From Syntrophales bacterium (GTDB lineage: Bacteria; Desulfobacterota; Syntrophia; Syntrophales; UBA2210), in assembly GCA_963666365.2 (NCBI GenBank), contig CAXXNF010000002.1:1312001-1376000 (forward strand): 64,000 nt of DNA. The letters run 5' to 3'. The notes below the pieces were generated by a model. The model was given only the letters and a program-made list of their open reading frames with translations, was not told the DNA's origin and made no database searches. A program made the position numbers and the translations under genes. Each line of letters starts with the position of its first letter. Positions within the stretch are counted from its first letter, which is position 1. Below, one piece after another: positions 40,808 to 52,698 of the stretch.

Positions 40808-40862
40808 GACTGACCCCGCTCAATGTTCTATGCCCAGAGGAGGGGATTTTCCCTGTTGACGC

Positions 40863-40909
40863 AAAAAAGACAGAAGCCGGAACAATTCCGGCTTCTGTCT
40901 TTTGTTTTT
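40863..40909. terminator. Bidirectional intrinsic terminator
   Basis: AAAAGACAGAAGCCGGAA / TTCCGGCTTCTGTCTTTT stem with A and T tails, between convergent genes. Confidence 0.85.
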
Positions 40910-40948
40910 AAGCCAAGGGTTTATGGCCTCTTGCCTGTCACCCTGCGT

Positions 40949-41398
40949 CTACATAAAAATCATGCCCAGAGTCTCGGCGATACAGGCCGGCTTATCCACT
41001 CCTTCGATCTCGATGGTATGGGTGGTGGTCATAAGAAAGCGCCCGTTTCCCTTGTCTTCCAGATTCGTCAATACAATGCGGTCGCGGATTTTGGACCCGG
41101 AAAGAACAGGGTTCAGGAACCGAACCTTGTTGAGGCCGTAATTGATGGACATTTTTGCATCGTCAAAGTGGATCGGCATCTGATAGCTGAAAAAGGGAAT
41201 GTGGGAAAGCGTTAAAAAACCATGGGCGATGGTCTGACCGAAGGGGCCCTTCCTGGCCTTTTCCACATCCACATGAATCCACTGATGATCGGCAGTGCAT
41301 TCGGCAAACTGATTGATCTGATCCTGCGTTATTTCCGTCCAATCGGACAAATACACTTCCTTTCCGATAAGACCCCTCACTTCTTCCACTGATGACAT
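40949..41398 (-). CDS. MaoC-family dehydratase
   Basis: FA..T.DHQWIHVD..A..GPFG.TIAHG, NYG.NKVRF. Confidence 0.9.
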   Translation of the reverse strand: MSSVEEVRGLIGKEVYLSDWTEITQDQINQFAECTADHQWIHVDVEKARKGPFGQTIAHGFLTLSHIPFFSYQMPIHFDDAKMSINYGLNKVRFLNPVLSGSKIRDRIVLTNLEDKGNGRFLMTTTHTIEIEGVDKPACIAETLGMIFM

Positions 41399-41576
41399 AT
41401 CGCTACTCCTTCCATTTTAATAGTTATTTACATTCCTGCGAATTTTGAATACTTTCCTGCATACCAGTTCACCGCTCAAAGTCAAGCAGATAAATGGGAA
41501 GTCTCTTCTTCCGGCGTCGTTGCGGTGAAGGGGTATAAAGTGTAAAAACATGTATATGCAAAGACCCGCTTCTTTC

Positions 41577-42767
41577 TTATTTGTACGCCTCCGCCAGAAT
41601 TGAAATCGGGTGTTTCACCCTGTGCTCTTTCAGCGGAGCGTTTATAAAAAACCGGCATCCGGGGCACTGGGTTACCACCGTCTTTACGCCGGTTGCTTCG
41701 ACCTCGGCGATTTTATGGGAGCGTATGTCGCCGGCCAGTTCCCTGTTTTCCATAAAGAAGCCCCCGCCGGCGCCACAGCAGAGTTCGGGATTTTCCATCT
41801 CCACCAGCGTGGCGCCGGGAATCTGGGCCAGAAGCGTGCGCGGCGCATCTTTCACGGTCTTTGTCATCCACCGGTGGCAGGGCACATGATAGGTAAATTC
41901 CAGTTCCAGCGGCGACGGTTTTGCCGTCAGACCCATCATGCTCAGGTAATCCGTCACTTCCCAGACCTTTGCCGCCAGGGCTTCAGCCTTCTCCTTCAGC
42001 GGATCTTCCTGAGGAATGAGTTTCGGGCCTTCCACCTTCAGCATCAGGCCGCAGGAGGTGCAGTCCACCACTACCGCATCCACGTCGAGCTTTGACAGGA
42101 TCTCGATGTTTTTCCCCATGAGCTCCCGTACCTTGGCGATATCCCCTTCTCCCAATGCGGGCATGCCGCAGCAGACGAGTTTCTCCGGGATCACCACCTC
42201 GATGCCGTTTTTTCTGAGGGCCATGACCGTGTCCTCACCCGTGTCGATATTAAAGCTGTTGGTGGCACACCCCACATAATAGGCCACCCGCGCCCTCCGT
42301 TCACCTTCCGGCGTGTAGGTCCCCTTATATTTCTTTTCAAAGGCCTTCGGCGCGGGCGTAGGAACTTCGTCCAGGATCCCCAATTTGCCTGCCAGGGCGT
42401 TCAGTTTCCCCATGACCCCGTGGACGCCGCGGTCATCCATCACCTTGTTCAGGATGTAGCGCATGGCGATATTCATCCGCTTTCCATGATACAATTCCTC
42501 GCGCGCGGCCACTATGACTTCGTGGACCGGCACGCCCGCGGGGCAGGTCTGGGTGCAGCTGGTACAGAGAAGACAGCGATCGATAATTTCTTTCAGGCGA
42601 TCGCTGACAGGCATCGACTCCTCGATCAGGGCCTTGCGCACAAGCTCCATCCGTGCCCGCGGTTCATGAGTCTCAAGGAGATCCTCAAGGAACACGGGGC
42701 AGGTGGCCTGGCAGAAGTTACAGTGGGAACACTTGGCGATCACCTCCGAGTAAGATTTCAGGCTCAT
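41577..42767 (-). CDS. GlcF-like Fe-S subunit (2x[4Fe-4S] plus two CCG domains)
   Basis: CSHCNFCQATCP, CLLCTSCTQTCP, CCG twice, HVPCH. Confidence 0.88.
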   Translation of the reverse strand: MSLKSYSEVIAKCSHCNFCQATCPVFLEDLLETHEPRARMELVRKALIEESMPVSDRLKEIIDRCLLCTSCTQTCPAGVPVHEVIVAAREELYHGKRMNIAMRYILNKVMDDRGVHGVMGKLNALAGKLGILDEVPTPAPKAFEKKYKGTYTPEGERRARVAYYVGCATNSFNIDTGEDTVMALRKNGIEVVIPEKLVCCGMPALGEGDIAKVRELMGKNIEILSKLDVDAVVVDCTSCGLMLKVEGPKLIPQEDPLKEKAEALAAKVWEVTDYLSMMGLTAKPSPLELEFTYHVPCHRWMTKTVKDAPRTLLAQIPGATLVEMENPELCCGAGGGFFMENRELAGDIRSHKIAEVEATGVKTVVTQCPGCRFFINAPLKEHRVKHPISILAEAYK

Positions 42768-44176
42768 GCGACACCTCCACTCAACCAGATCTTTCCGGGG
42801 TTCATAATATTTTTGGGATCGATGGCGTGCTTTATGCGTTTCATGACATCAATCTGCATGCTTCCCAATTCAAGGTGCAGAAACTCCGCCTTGTGAATGC
42901 CGATGCCGTGCTCGCCGGAGATGGTGCCTCCCATGGCAAGCCCTGTTTTGACAATCTCCTCGATGGCTGCCTTGGCTTTCTCCTCTCTTTCCTCGTTCGC
43001 TTCCTGGAGAAAAAAGATCGTGGGGTGCATGTTGCCGTCACCGGCATGCCCTCCAAGCCCTACCATCATGCCCGTGGAGGGATCCATTTTTAACCGCACC
43101 CCTATCTCCTGTACGGCCCTTACGAAATCGGGAATCCGGTCCCGGGGCACCGTGATGTCTTCAACGATTCCTTTCTTTGCCATCATCAGGATCATGCCGA
43201 AAAGTTTCTCCCTCGCTTCCCAGTAGGCCCGTGCCGCCTTGGGATCTTCTATGATGCGAATGTTCAATGCCCCCAGTCCGGTGCACAGATCCTTCATCTT
43301 CACGGTGAGCGCCTCGATTTCCGTGGCAGTGCCGTCCATTTCTATAAGCAAGTGCGACTCTCCCGCCGGATAGGGCTCGGGCAGCATGCCGGCCATGGCC
43401 GCCGCCGCCCCACCGCTGATGAGCTCGATCATGGCGGGAACGAGACCGCTGCCTATGACGGCGGAAACGATATCACCCGACTGTTGGACGCTCTCACAGG
43501 TCACGAGCACCGTTCTTCGCGCCGGAGGAAGCGGTACCAGCCGGAGGATCGCCTTGGTGATCACCCCCAGGGTACCCTCAGCGCCTGTGTACAGATGGGT
43601 AAGATCGTATCCCACGGACGACTTGGAGCACTTGCTGCCCGTGCGTATCACCTCGCCGTCGGGAAGCACCACCTCAAGACCGAGCACATAGTTTCCGGTG
43701 GTTCCGTATTTCACTGCCCGGGGACCGCCGGCTCGAGTGGATATATTGCCGCCGATGGTGGAGACTTTCATGCTCTGAGGGTCGGGGGGATAGAAGAGAC
43801 GTTCTTTTTCCACCATATGCTGAAAGGCGGCCGTCACGATCCCGCTCTCCACTTCGGCGGTCAGGTTCCCCTTGTTCAGTTCGATCAGCTTCCGCATCCG
43901 CTTGAGATCGAGCACTATCCCTCCCGCTGTGGGCGTACAGCCGCCCGAGAGCCCCGTTCCCCCACCCCGGGGGACCAGGGGAATTCCCTTTTCACCGGCA
44001 TAGCGCACCACCTGGGACACCTGTTCGGTTGTATCCGGGATTACCACCGCATCGGGATGTCCCAGCGGGCAGACATGATAGGTGGCGTCGTTCCCGTAGG
44101 TAATGAGATCTTCGGGATCGGTATGCACCCGCTCTTTCGGCAACAATCGTTCGAGATCCTTTGCGAGACCCTTCAT
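42764..44176 (-). CDS. GlcD-like FAD-linked 2-hydroxyacid oxidoreductase
   Basis: PRGGGTGLSGG, YPPDP.S, GHAGDGN.HP, GEHGIG, MNPGK. Confidence 0.9.
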   Translation of the reverse strand: MKGLAKDLERLLPKERVHTDPEDLITYGNDATYHVCPLGHPDAVVIPDTTEQVSQVVRYAGEKGIPLVPRGGGTGLSGGCTPTAGGIVLDLKRMRKLIELNKGNLTAEVESGIVTAAFQHMVEKERLFYPPDPQSMKVSTIGGNISTRAGGPRAVKYGTTGNYVLGLEVVLPDGEVIRTGSKCSKSSVGYDLTHLYTGAEGTLGVITKAILRLVPLPPARRTVLVTCESVQQSGDIVSAVIGSGLVPAMIELISGGAAAAMAGMLPEPYPAGESHLLIEMDGTATEIEALTVKMKDLCTGLGALNIRIIEDPKAARAYWEAREKLFGMILMMAKKGIVEDITVPRDRIPDFVRAVQEIGVRLKMDPSTGMMVGLGGHAGDGNMHPTIFFLQEANEEREEKAKAAIEEIVKTGLAMGGTISGEHGIGIHKAEFLHLELGSMQIDVMKRIKHAIDPKNIMNPGKIWLSGGVA

Positions 44177-44197
44177 CGGTTATATCCTCCTCCTCGG

Positions 44198-44254
44198 TAA
44201 TTTTGGGGACAGTATACTTAATTCATGGCTGAATTAAGTATACTGTCCCCAAAA

Positions 44255-44257
<3 letters not shown>
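44198..44257. repeat. Perfect 28-bp-arm palindrome (GGGGACAGTATACTT core), REP-like
   Basis: 44198-44225 is the exact reverse complement of 44230-44257; 4-nt loop. Confidence 0.92.
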
Positions 44258-45199
<942 letters not shown>

Positions 45200-45203
45200 T
45201 CAG

Positions 45204-46223
45204 TCATATCCTCGTACCGGGATACCCCGCCTCTACCAGGGTCCGTTCCTTTTTCGCCCGCTCCATGTCGGAGGCAATCATCATGTCGATCAGCTCGGAA
45301 AAACCGGTCTTCGGGGCCCATCCCAGGACGCGCTGCGCCTTCGACGAATCGCCCAGAAGGACGTCCACTTCGGTGGGCCTGAAATAGCGGGGATCAATCT
45401 TTACGTGTGTGTCAAAATCAAGATCGAGCCTGCTGAACACTTCCTGCACAAACTCTTTCACCGAGTGGGTCTCGCCGGTGGCAATCACGAAATCGTCGGG
45501 GGACTCCTGCTGGAGCATCAGCCACATGGCCTCCACATAATCGCCGGCATATCCCCAGTCACGCTTCGCATCGAGATTTCCCAGATAGAGCGCATCCTGC
45601 AGCCCCATCTTGATGCGCGTGGCGGCGCGGGTGACTTTTCTGGTCAGAAAGGTCTCGCCCCGTCGCGGTGATTCGTGGTTGAAAAGGATGCCGTTAACGG
45701 CAAATATCTTGTAGGCGTCACGGTAGTTTCTTGCCACATAGTAGGCGTATACCTTGGCCGCCGCATAGGGACTCTGGGGGCTGAAGGGCGTTGCCTCGCT
45801 CTGCGGGGGCGGCGCCGCACCGAACATCTCACTGGACGAGGCCTGATAGAACCGCGCCTTCACGCCGGATTTGCGAATCGCCTCCAGAATTCTTATGGCG
45901 CCGATGCCCGTCACATCACCGGTGTACTCGGGAAGATCGAAACTTACCCGCACATGACTCTGAGCCCCCAGATGGTACACTTCATCGGGGTTTACCTCAT
46001 AGAGCAGGCTGACCAGATGGGCTGACACCGAAAGATCGCCGTAATGGAGATACATGCGGGCCTGGGGATCATGAAAATCGGTATAAAGGTGATCGATTCG
46101 CTCCGTATTGAAGGTGCTGGACCGGCGGATCATGCCGTGCACCTCATAGCCCTTGGAGAGCAGCAATTCGGCAAGATATGATCCATCCTGCCCCGTAATA
46201 CCCGTGATCAAGGCACGCTTCAT
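45204..46223 (-). CDS. gmd: GDP-mannose 4,6-dehydratase
   Basis: [33 protein letters not shown]. Confidence 0.96.
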   Translation of the reverse strand: MKRALITGITGQDGSYLAELLLSKGYEVHGMIRRSSTFNTERIDHLYTDFHDPQARMYLHYGDLSVSAHLVSLLYEVNPDEVYHLGAQSHVRVSFDLPEYTGDVTGIGAIRILEAIRKSGVKARFYQASSSEMFGAAPPPQSEATPFSPQSPYAAAKVYAYYVARNYRDAYKIFAVNGILFNHESPRRGETFLTRKVTRAATRIKMGLQDALYLGNLDAKRDWGYAGDYVEAMWLMLQQESPDDFVIATGETHSVKEFVQEVFSRLDLDFDTHVKIDPRYFRPTEVDVLLGDSSKAQRVLGWAPKTGFSELIDMMIASDMERAKKERTLVEAGYPGTRI

Positions 46224-47791
46224 TGAATAACCCCGCTTTTTACGTTCTTTCTATGTTTCATGCTCCATCCGCAGGCGGGACATTTCATTTCGCTGTCCAG
46301 ACGTCCGCCGCACCGGCAGACCCACCCTACCCGGCGGGCAGGATTTCCCACCAGCAGTGCGTGATCGGGCACATCCCTGATCACCACGGCGCCGGCCCCG
46401 ATAAAGGCATATTCTCCGATGGTGACACCGCAGACAATCGTGGCGTTGGCGCCGATGGTGGCGCCCCGTTTCACCAGTGTGGGCCGGACTTCGTCCATTT
46501 TACGGATCTCGGCGCGGGGATTGTACACATTGGTAAACACCATCGATGGTCCGCAGAACACCCCCTCTTCGAGCGTCACGCCCTTGTACAGGCTCACGTT
46601 ATTCTGGATCTTGCAGTTTCTCCCTATTGTCACATCGGGACCGACAACCACATTCTGTCCTATGGTGCATGCCTCTCCTATGGAAGAGCCTGAGAGGACA
46701 TGGGTAAAATGCCAGATCTTTGTCCCTTTCCCTATGGCCGCATCCCTGTCTATGACGGCGCTATCATGGACGAAGCAGTCTTCCCGAACTTCCGCCGCTG
46801 CCCTGTGGCTCTCCTTCGGCGCCGTCGTTCCCCCCGCAAGCAGACTTGCCGATGCCCGCTCCAATATCTCGAGCACCTCAATGCCGTTTTGCGCATCGGC
46901 CCGCTTGAGGGGACGCCCATCCAGATGCTCGGCAAAGTAGCGAAGCTCTTCCGTCAGCGGCATGGTGTTCTCGTAGGGAATCACTTCCGTGGCCCCGTCA
47001 TGGGTCACCGGCTCTCCCTGAATCCAATCGATGCCCTTTTCATAAAACAGTATATTCTTTGACTCCGATGAGTCCTCGTAGGAAAACATCCCCTTGGACC
47101 CGATGATCACGATCCGGTGTTCCTTGAATGGATGGAGCCAGCTTACGAAGATATGCCCCACACGGTTTCGGGGATAGGTCAAAATCGTCATGGACGAGTC
47201 ATGCATCCGGGGTTGCAGAAAAATCCCCCCCCGGGAAATGATCTCTTCAGGAGTATCTTCCATGAAATACTGGAAAATGGAAATATCGTGAGGGGCGAAA
47301 CTCCAGAGGATATTCTCCTCCGTCCTGACCGTTCCCAGGTTCAGACGATTACTGTATATATATTGAAGTTTCCCGATCTTCCCCTGGTCGACCAGATCTT
47401 TCATTGTGCGAATGGCCGGATGAAAGAGCAACAGGTGTCCCACCATCAGATTGACACCCTTTTCTTCCGCAAGCTGTTTCAATTCCCGCGCCTCGCCAGC
47501 GCGCAATGTCAGCGGTTTTTCCACGAGCACATGTTTCTTCTGTCCGATCAGGTAGGAAGCAATGGCGAAGTGTGTCTCCGCCGGAGTCGCGATCGTGAAG
47601 CCGTCAAAATCCTCTTCCACCGCATCTTTCGTATTTGCAAACAGCCGCACATCAGGGCAGGACGCTTCGAGTCGCGCCCGCATGAATCCGTCCGACTCGA
47701 CAACCCCCCCCAGCATCCCGAGACCCTGCAGTGTCCTGATATGATTCATCCCCCATCGCCCGGCGCCGACTACGCAAATACGCATACACAC
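46220..47791 (-). CDS. Gfo/Idh/MocA oxidoreductase (WbpB-like) fused to a hexapeptide acetyltransferase (WbpD-like)
   Basis: GAGRWG, VLVEKP; C-terminal TKIWHF...IGQNV...KIQNNVS..GV...[14 protein letters not shown] and C.CG...CPAC. Confidence 0.88.
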   Translation of the reverse strand: MCMRICVVGAGRWGMNHIRTLQGLGMLGGVVESDGFMRARLEASCPDVRLFANTKDAVEEDFDGFTIATPAETHFAIASYLIGQKKHVLVEKPLTLRAGEARELKQLAEEKGVNLMVGHLLLFHPAIRTMKDLVDQGKIGKLQYIYSNRLNLGTVRTEENILWSFAPHDISIFQYFMEDTPEEIISRGGIFLQPRMHDSSMTILTYPRNRVGHIFVSWLHPFKEHRIVIIGSKGMFSYEDSSESKNILFYEKGIDWIQGEPVTHDGATEVIPYENTMPLTEELRYFAEHLDGRPLKRADAQNGIEVLEILERASASLLAGGTTAPKESHRAAAEVREDCFVHDSAVIDRDAAIGKGTKIWHFTHVLSGSSIGEACTIGQNVVVGPDVTIGRNCKIQNNVSLYKGVTLEEGVFCGPSMVFTNVYNPRAEIRKMDEVRPTLVKRGATIGANATIVCGVTIGEYAFIGAGAVVIRDVPDHALLVGNPARRVGWVCRCGGRLDSEMKCPACGWSMKHRKNVKSGVIQ

Positions 47792-47810
47792 CTCGGTTTT
47801 TAATTTTCCA

Positions 47811-49106
47811 TTATGCCGTGTAAAAATACTTTCCCCTCTTGCCGATCACGTTTCTCGTGTCCACCACCGGCACTTCAAAGGCGGCAAAGTCGACGCGGCG
47901 GTACTCATCATGGGCCGTTGCGATGAGGATGAGATCATAGTCCCCGCTGACCGGGACGGAAGCGCGCCCGGCGAACTTTCCGAACTCTCTTGTCTCTTTT
48001 ATCACCGGCACATAGGGATCATTATAGTACACCTGCCCGCCCAATGCTTCCAATTTATCCATCAAGTGATAGGAAGGGGACTCTCTGTCGTCATCGACAT
48101 TCGCCTTGTAGGCCAGTCCCAGCAAGAGGATGCGCGCACCTTTGATTGCCTTGCCGTATTCGTTCAGCACCTTCATGACCCGGCTTACCACATAATCGGG
48201 CATGGCCGTATTGATTTCCCCGGCCAGTTCGATAAAGCGCGTGGTCATGCCGTACTCCCGAGCCTTCCAGGTGAGATAGAAGGGGTCGATGGGGATACAG
48301 TGCCCTCCCAGGCCCGGTCCGGGATAAAAGGCCTGATAGCCGAAGGGCTTCGTCTTCGCCGCTTCGATTACCTCCCAGACGTCGATTCCCATGCGGTCGC
48401 AGAGAATCTTCATCTCGTTCACCAGGGCGATGTTGACGGACCGGTATATGTTTTCAAGAAGCTTTGCCGCTTCGGCGACTTTAGGCGAAGAGAGGGGAAC
48501 CGTTCGATCCACCACGCACCCGTAAAGCGCCGTGGCCGCGGCAAGACACTCCTCCGTAAGTCCTCCCACCAGTTTCGGCACCGTGCGCAAGGAGAAATCT
48601 TTATTGTTCGGGTCTTCCCTCTCCGGCGAAAAGGCAAGATGAAAATCGATCCCCCCCTTCAATCCGCTCGACTCAAGAATCCCCCGCACATCCTCGTCGG
48701 TGGTCCCCGGATAGGTGGTCGATTCCAGCACCACCAGCTGACCCTTTCGAAGATACCGTGCAATCGATTCGGCCGTGGCAAAGACAAAGCGCATATCGGG
48801 CTCTCGATTTTTATTTAAAGGCGTGGGGACGCAGATCAGAATGCAATCCACCTGCGACAGTCGTGCAAAATCGGTGGTCGCTTCAAACCGCCCTTGCTCG
48901 AGTCCCATCAGCGGTGCGATATCGATATGCCTGATATAACTTTTCCCCTCCTGCAGAGAAGCCACCTTCATCTCATCGACATCAAAACCGGTTACCGAAA
49001 ATCCCTCCTTCACGAAGGCGATCACCAGCGGCAGCCCCACATAGCCAAGGCCTACCACGCCGACCCGCACACGTTTTTCACTGATCCTCTCCACAAGCCC
49101 CTTCAT
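47811..49106 (-). CDS. UDP-N-acetylhexosamine 6-dehydrogenase (WbpA/WecC family)
   Basis: [33 protein letters not shown]. Confidence 0.9.
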   Translation of the reverse strand: MKGLVERISEKRVRVGVVGLGYVGLPLVIAFVKEGFSVTGFDVDEMKVASLQEGKSYIRHIDIAPLMGLEQGRFEATTDFARLSQVDCILICVPTPLNKNREPDMRFVFATAESIARYLRKGQLVVLESTTYPGTTDEDVRGILESSGLKGGIDFHLAFSPEREDPNNKDFSLRTVPKLVGGLTEECLAAATALYGCVVDRTVPLSSPKVAEAAKLLENIYRSVNIALVNEMKILCDRMGIDVWEVIEAAKTKPFGYQAFYPGPGLGGHCIPIDPFYLTWKAREYGMTTRFIELAGEINTAMPDYVVSRVMKVLNEYGKAIKGARILLLGLAYKANVDDDRESPSYHLMDKLEALGGQVYYNDPYVPVIKETREFGKFAGRASVPVSGDYDLILIATAHDEYRRVDFAAFEVPVVDTRNVIGKRGKYFYTA

Positions 49107-49356
49107 TCGTCTTTTTCCATTCCCCCGCATTATTAAAATAGCATGTCCGCATCCACCGTCACTGTTGCGCGAGGTCTATATCTATACGCATAGACCGGTT
49201 CTGTCAAGCCTCGAAAGGGCGGCGCACTGCGCATGTTTCTTCGCAGGCGCAGCGCGCGTCAAAATGAAGTGCGGCAACCTCCCTTTCACTCCTCGCTTGA
49301 CAAGAGCGCACGGAGCAGGTATTCCCAGACACATATACTGCCTGAAGGATCATCGC

Positions 49357-50502
49357 ATGGTTACCAAACGCGCATCGGAAATTCCCCCGTTCATCGTGAT
49401 GGATGTGCTGGAAAAAGCACAGGAGATGGAACGGGCAGGGGAACATGTCATTCATCTCGAGGTTGGCGAACCCGATTTCGACACGCCCGAATGCATCAAC
49501 GAGGCCTGCCGGAAAGCGATCAGGGACGGTAAAACCCACTATACCCACTCTTTGGGATTGCCTGAACTGCGCGAGGCCATATGCGAGCACTATTACAGCC
49601 GTTACGGGGTACAGATCACACCGAACCGCGTCATCGTCACATCGGGAACTTCGCCGGCCATGCTGCTTATGTTCGCGGCCCTGATGGAACGGGGTGACGA
49701 GGTAATCATATCGGATCCCCACTATGCCTGTTACCCCAATTTTATCAATTTCCTTGAAGGGACGCCCGTCTCCGTCAATGTCTACGAAGAGGACGGTTTT
49801 CAGTACCGGCCTGAAGCAATCCGGGAAAAACTCTCATCACGGACAAAGGGCATCATGATAAACTCGCCCTCAAATCCGACGGGAAATCTCCTCAGTCCCG
49901 ACCGCATGGCGGAGATCGCCTCCCTGGGCGTTCCTGTAATCTCCGACGAGATCTATCACGGCCTTGTCTATGAGGATGAAGAACACTCCATTCTGGAATA
50001 TACCGACAACGCCTTCGTTCTGAACGGCTTTTCCAAGGCCTACGCCATGACCGGCTGGCGGCTCGGGTATCTTATCGCCCCTCAGGAATACATCAGGCCG
50101 ATGCAGAAGATTCAGCAAAACCTTTTCATCTGCGCCAATTCCTTTGTCCAGTGGGGAGGTGTGGCGGCACTGCGCGAAGCCGGCGACGATGTGGCCCGTA
50201 TGAAAGCCATCTTTGATGAACGGAGAAAGTTTATCGTCAACAGGCTTCACGAGATGGGACTGGGCATACAGGTGGCACCCACGGGCGCCTTCTATGTGCT
50301 GGGAAACATCAAGTCCTTTTCCCATGATTCCTACAAAACCGCCTTCGACATCCTGGAACAGGCAAAAGTGGGAGTGACGCCGGGCATTGACTTCGGGGCC
50401 AACTGCGAGGGGTACATCCGTTTTTCCTACGCCAATTCACTTGAAAACATTGCCGAAGGGCTCAACAGGCTGGAGAGGTATATCGAAAGTAGGGAAAGTT
50501 AA
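49357..50502 (+). CDS. Class I/II PLP-dependent aminotransferase
   Basis: GEPDF, NSPSNPTG, SDEIY, FSKAYAMTGWRLG. Confidence 0.92.
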   Translation: MVTKRASEIPPFIVMDVLEKAQEMERAGEHVIHLEVGEPDFDTPECINEACRKAIRDGKTHYTHSLGLPELREAICEHYYSRYGVQITPNRVIVTSGTSPAMLLMFAALMERGDEVIISDPHYACYPNFINFLEGTPVSVNVYEEDGFQYRPEAIREKLSSRTKGIMINSPSNPTGNLLSPDRMAEIASLGVPVISDEIYHGLVYEDEEHSILEYTDNAFVLNGFSKAYAMTGWRLGYLIAPQEYIRPMQKIQQNLFICANSFVQWGGVAALREAGDDVARMKAIFDERRKFIVNRLHEMGLGIQVAPTGAFYVLGNIKSFSHDSYKTAFDILEQAKVGVTPGIDFGANCEGYIRFSYANSLENIAEGLNRLERYIESRES

Positions 50503-50574
50503 AAAGTAGGAAAAGTAAGAAGAGTAAGAAGAGTAGGAAGAGTAGGAAAAGTGAGAAGAGTGGGAGAGGGAGGA
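50503..50574 (+). repeat. Purine-rich 9-mer tandem array (ARAGTRRGA), about 7-8 units
   Basis: aaagtagga aaagtaaga agagtaaga agagtagga agagtagga aaagtgaga agagtggga. Confidence 0.85.
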
Positions 50575-50584
50575 ACGGCTGCCG

Positions 50585-51268
50585 ATGATCTGCTTTACAG
50601 GGGATAGAGGTAAAGATGCCCGTTACTGTTCAGCGATTCTCTTTGATTTTGACGGGACTCTGGCGACGCTGAATGTGGATTTCGGCAGTATGCGCGCCGG
50701 GCTTCTCTCGCGTATTCAGTCCTATGGTCTGGATGTCGATCGATTCAAGGATCTCTATGCCCTCGAGATGATCGACAGGGCAACGGAGGAGCTTGAACCG
50801 GTGCGTCCCGATGCCGTGCCGGTTCTGAAGGAAGAATGTCTCTCCCTCATACGGGACGTCGAAATGGAAGGGGCAAGGCGAGGAATGCTTTTTGACGGCA
50901 TCAGGGATATGTTCCGGATTCTCAGGCAAAAAAACATAAAAACCGCCGTGGTCACCCGCAACTGTTTTGATGCGGTTTCCTGCATCTATCAGGGAATCGA
51001 GGTCGAATGCGACGCCGTTGTTTCCCGGGAGTTCACTCAACGGGTCAAGCCTCATCCTCAGCACCTCATCACCGCCCTGGCACTGCTTGGCGTCGAGGCC
51101 TCTCAGGCCGTTATGGCAGGAGACCACCCCATGGACATCAGCGCAGGGAAAGCGGTGGGCGCCTACACCATCGGGGTTTTGTCGGGATACTCGGGCACCG
51201 AGCCCCTGAGAGAGGCTCAAGCCGACCTTATCCTGGATCACATCACCGATCTGCTGACCGCACTTTGA
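50585..51268 (+). CDS. HAD-family hydrolase (Gph-like)
   Basis: FDFDGTL, VTRN, KPHP, GD...D. Confidence 0.88.
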   Translation: MICFTGDRGKDARYCSAILFDFDGTLATLNVDFGSMRAGLLSRIQSYGLDVDRFKDLYALEMIDRATEELEPVRPDAVPVLKEECLSLIRDVEMEGARRGMLFDGIRDMFRILRQKNIKTAVVTRNCFDAVSCIYQGIEVECDAVVSREFTQRVKPHPQHLITALALLGVEASQAVMAGDHPMDISAGKAVGAYTIGVLSGYSGTEPLREAQADLILDHITDLLTAL

Positions 51269-51316
51269 TGTTGACAGGAACTCACCGTTGAGGCAGAAGA
51301 TGGATCAGCGAAGCGC

Positions 51317-51365
51317 ATTGAGCATAGAACCTACCACGTTGAACATAGAACGTAGAACATAGAAC
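51317..51365. repeat. Degenerate heptamer microsatellite (RTAGAAC)x7, reverse complement of the 33183 array
   Basis: attgagc atagaac ctaccac gttgaac atagaac gtagaac atagaac. Confidence 0.85.
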
Positions 51366-51370
51366 GTATC

Positions 51371-51748
51371 ATGTATGAAGTAACGATAAAAAAAACCTTT
51401 TCGGCGGCCCACACGCTGGTGATCGGCGGCGTGCGCGAGGATCTTCACGGACACAATTTCACCGTGGAAATCACTGTGTCCTCTCACGAGCTTGATGAGG
51501 AAGGCGTGGTTATGGATTTCAGTATTCTCAGGGAAAAGACCGATGCGATTCTTGCCGATATGGATCACACCCATCTGAACAACCTTGTGTACTTCAAGGC
51601 CATTCCTCCCACGGCGGAACAGATAGCCCGCTACATATTCGAGCGCATCGCCGGGGGGCTTTCCGCAGCATCCATCACCGTCTCGCAGGTCACCGTGTGG
51701 GAATCGGACAATGCGCGGGCCACCTACAGGAGGCACGCACGTGCTTGA
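51371..51748 (+). CDS. PTPS/QueD-family protein with ExxHGH (PTPS-III-type) signature
   Basis: FSAAH, REDLHGHNF, DF, DH..LN, PTAE, VWES. Confidence 0.88.
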   Translation: MYEVTIKKTFSAAHTLVIGGVREDLHGHNFTVEITVSSHELDEEGVVMDFSILREKTDAILADMDHTHLNNLVYFKAIPPTAEQIARYIFERIAGGLSAASITVSQVTVWESDNARATYRRHARA

Positions 51749-52505
51749 CGTACAAAACCAGCAGGACAACCGGCATATCGATATCCAGAAGGTGGGAGTC
51801 AAGGGGGTCAAGTACCCCATCATCGTGCTGGACAAAAAGCACGGCGCGCAGCATGTAAACGCCGCCGTCAACATGTACGTGAACCTTCCCCACCGCTTCA
51901 AGGGCACGCATATGAGCCGTTTCGTGGAGATCCTGAACAAATACCGCGGAGAGGTGAATATCAGAACTTTTCGAAGCATTCTCTCGACAATTCGTGAAAA
52001 GTTGAACGCCGAATCGGCTCACATGGAGATCGAATTCCCCTACTTCATCGAAAAACGGGCGCCTGTATCGCGGTCCAAAAGCCTTATGGAGTACTGGTGC
52101 AGCTTTATTGGCGAACACACGAAGGATGCCACAGATTTTCTTGTGGGCGTCACCGTTCCCGTCACCACCGTCTGTCCCTGTTCCAAGGAGATCAGCGCGC
52201 TGGGCGCCCACAATCAGCGCAGTATTGTAAAGGTCAGGGTCAGGTTCAGAAAATTTTTCTGGATTGAAGATCTGATCCGCCTCATCGAGGATTCCGCGAG
52301 CAGTGAAGTGTTTTCCCTTCTGAAGCGTTCCGATGAAAAATATGTCACCGAGCGGGCCTTTGAAAACCCCATGTTTGTGGAGGATGTGGTGCGAAGCGTG
52401 GCCGAAAAATTAAACGGCGACGAAAACTTCACCTGGTACAGCGTGGAGGCGGAAAACCTGGAAAGCATCCACAACCACAACGCCTACGCCTATGTCGAAA
52501 AATAG
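51741..52505 (+). CDS. folE2: GTP cyclohydrolase IB
   Basis: KGTHMSRF, T.CPCSKEIS..GAHNQRS, KR.DEK.VTE, FVED, ESIH.HNA. Confidence 0.95.
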   Translation: MLDVQNQQDNRHIDIQKVGVKGVKYPIIVLDKKHGAQHVNAAVNMYVNLPHRFKGTHMSRFVEILNKYRGEVNIRTFRSILSTIREKLNAESAHMEIEFPYFIEKRAPVSRSKSLMEYWCSFIGEHTKDATDFLVGVTVPVTTVCPCSKEISALGAHNQRSIVKVRVRFRKFFWIEDLIRLIEDSASSEVFSLLKRSDEKYVTERAFENPMFVEDVVRSVAEKLNGDENFTWYSVEAENLESIHNHNAYAYVEK

Positions 52506-52556
52506 GGACACTTCCCTATTTAATTCTAATTAAATAGGGAAGTGTCCCTATTTTTC
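52497..52556. repeat. Perfect 29-bp-arm REP-doublet-like palindrome overlapping the folE2 stop
   Basis: GAAAAATAGGGACACTTCCCTATTTAATT-CT-reverse complement; each arm is itself a hairpin. Confidence 0.92.
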
Positions 52557-52698
52557 TGTGAAACTGGTCACAATCACGGTTGAAATGCCTCTTTTTTTCT
52601 GCTAACCTTTTTTCCAAACACGAAACACGAAACAACCTGTAGGGGATCTCTGAGCTTACAAACAGCTCATCACTCATGCAGAGGCTTTATTTGCTGCC

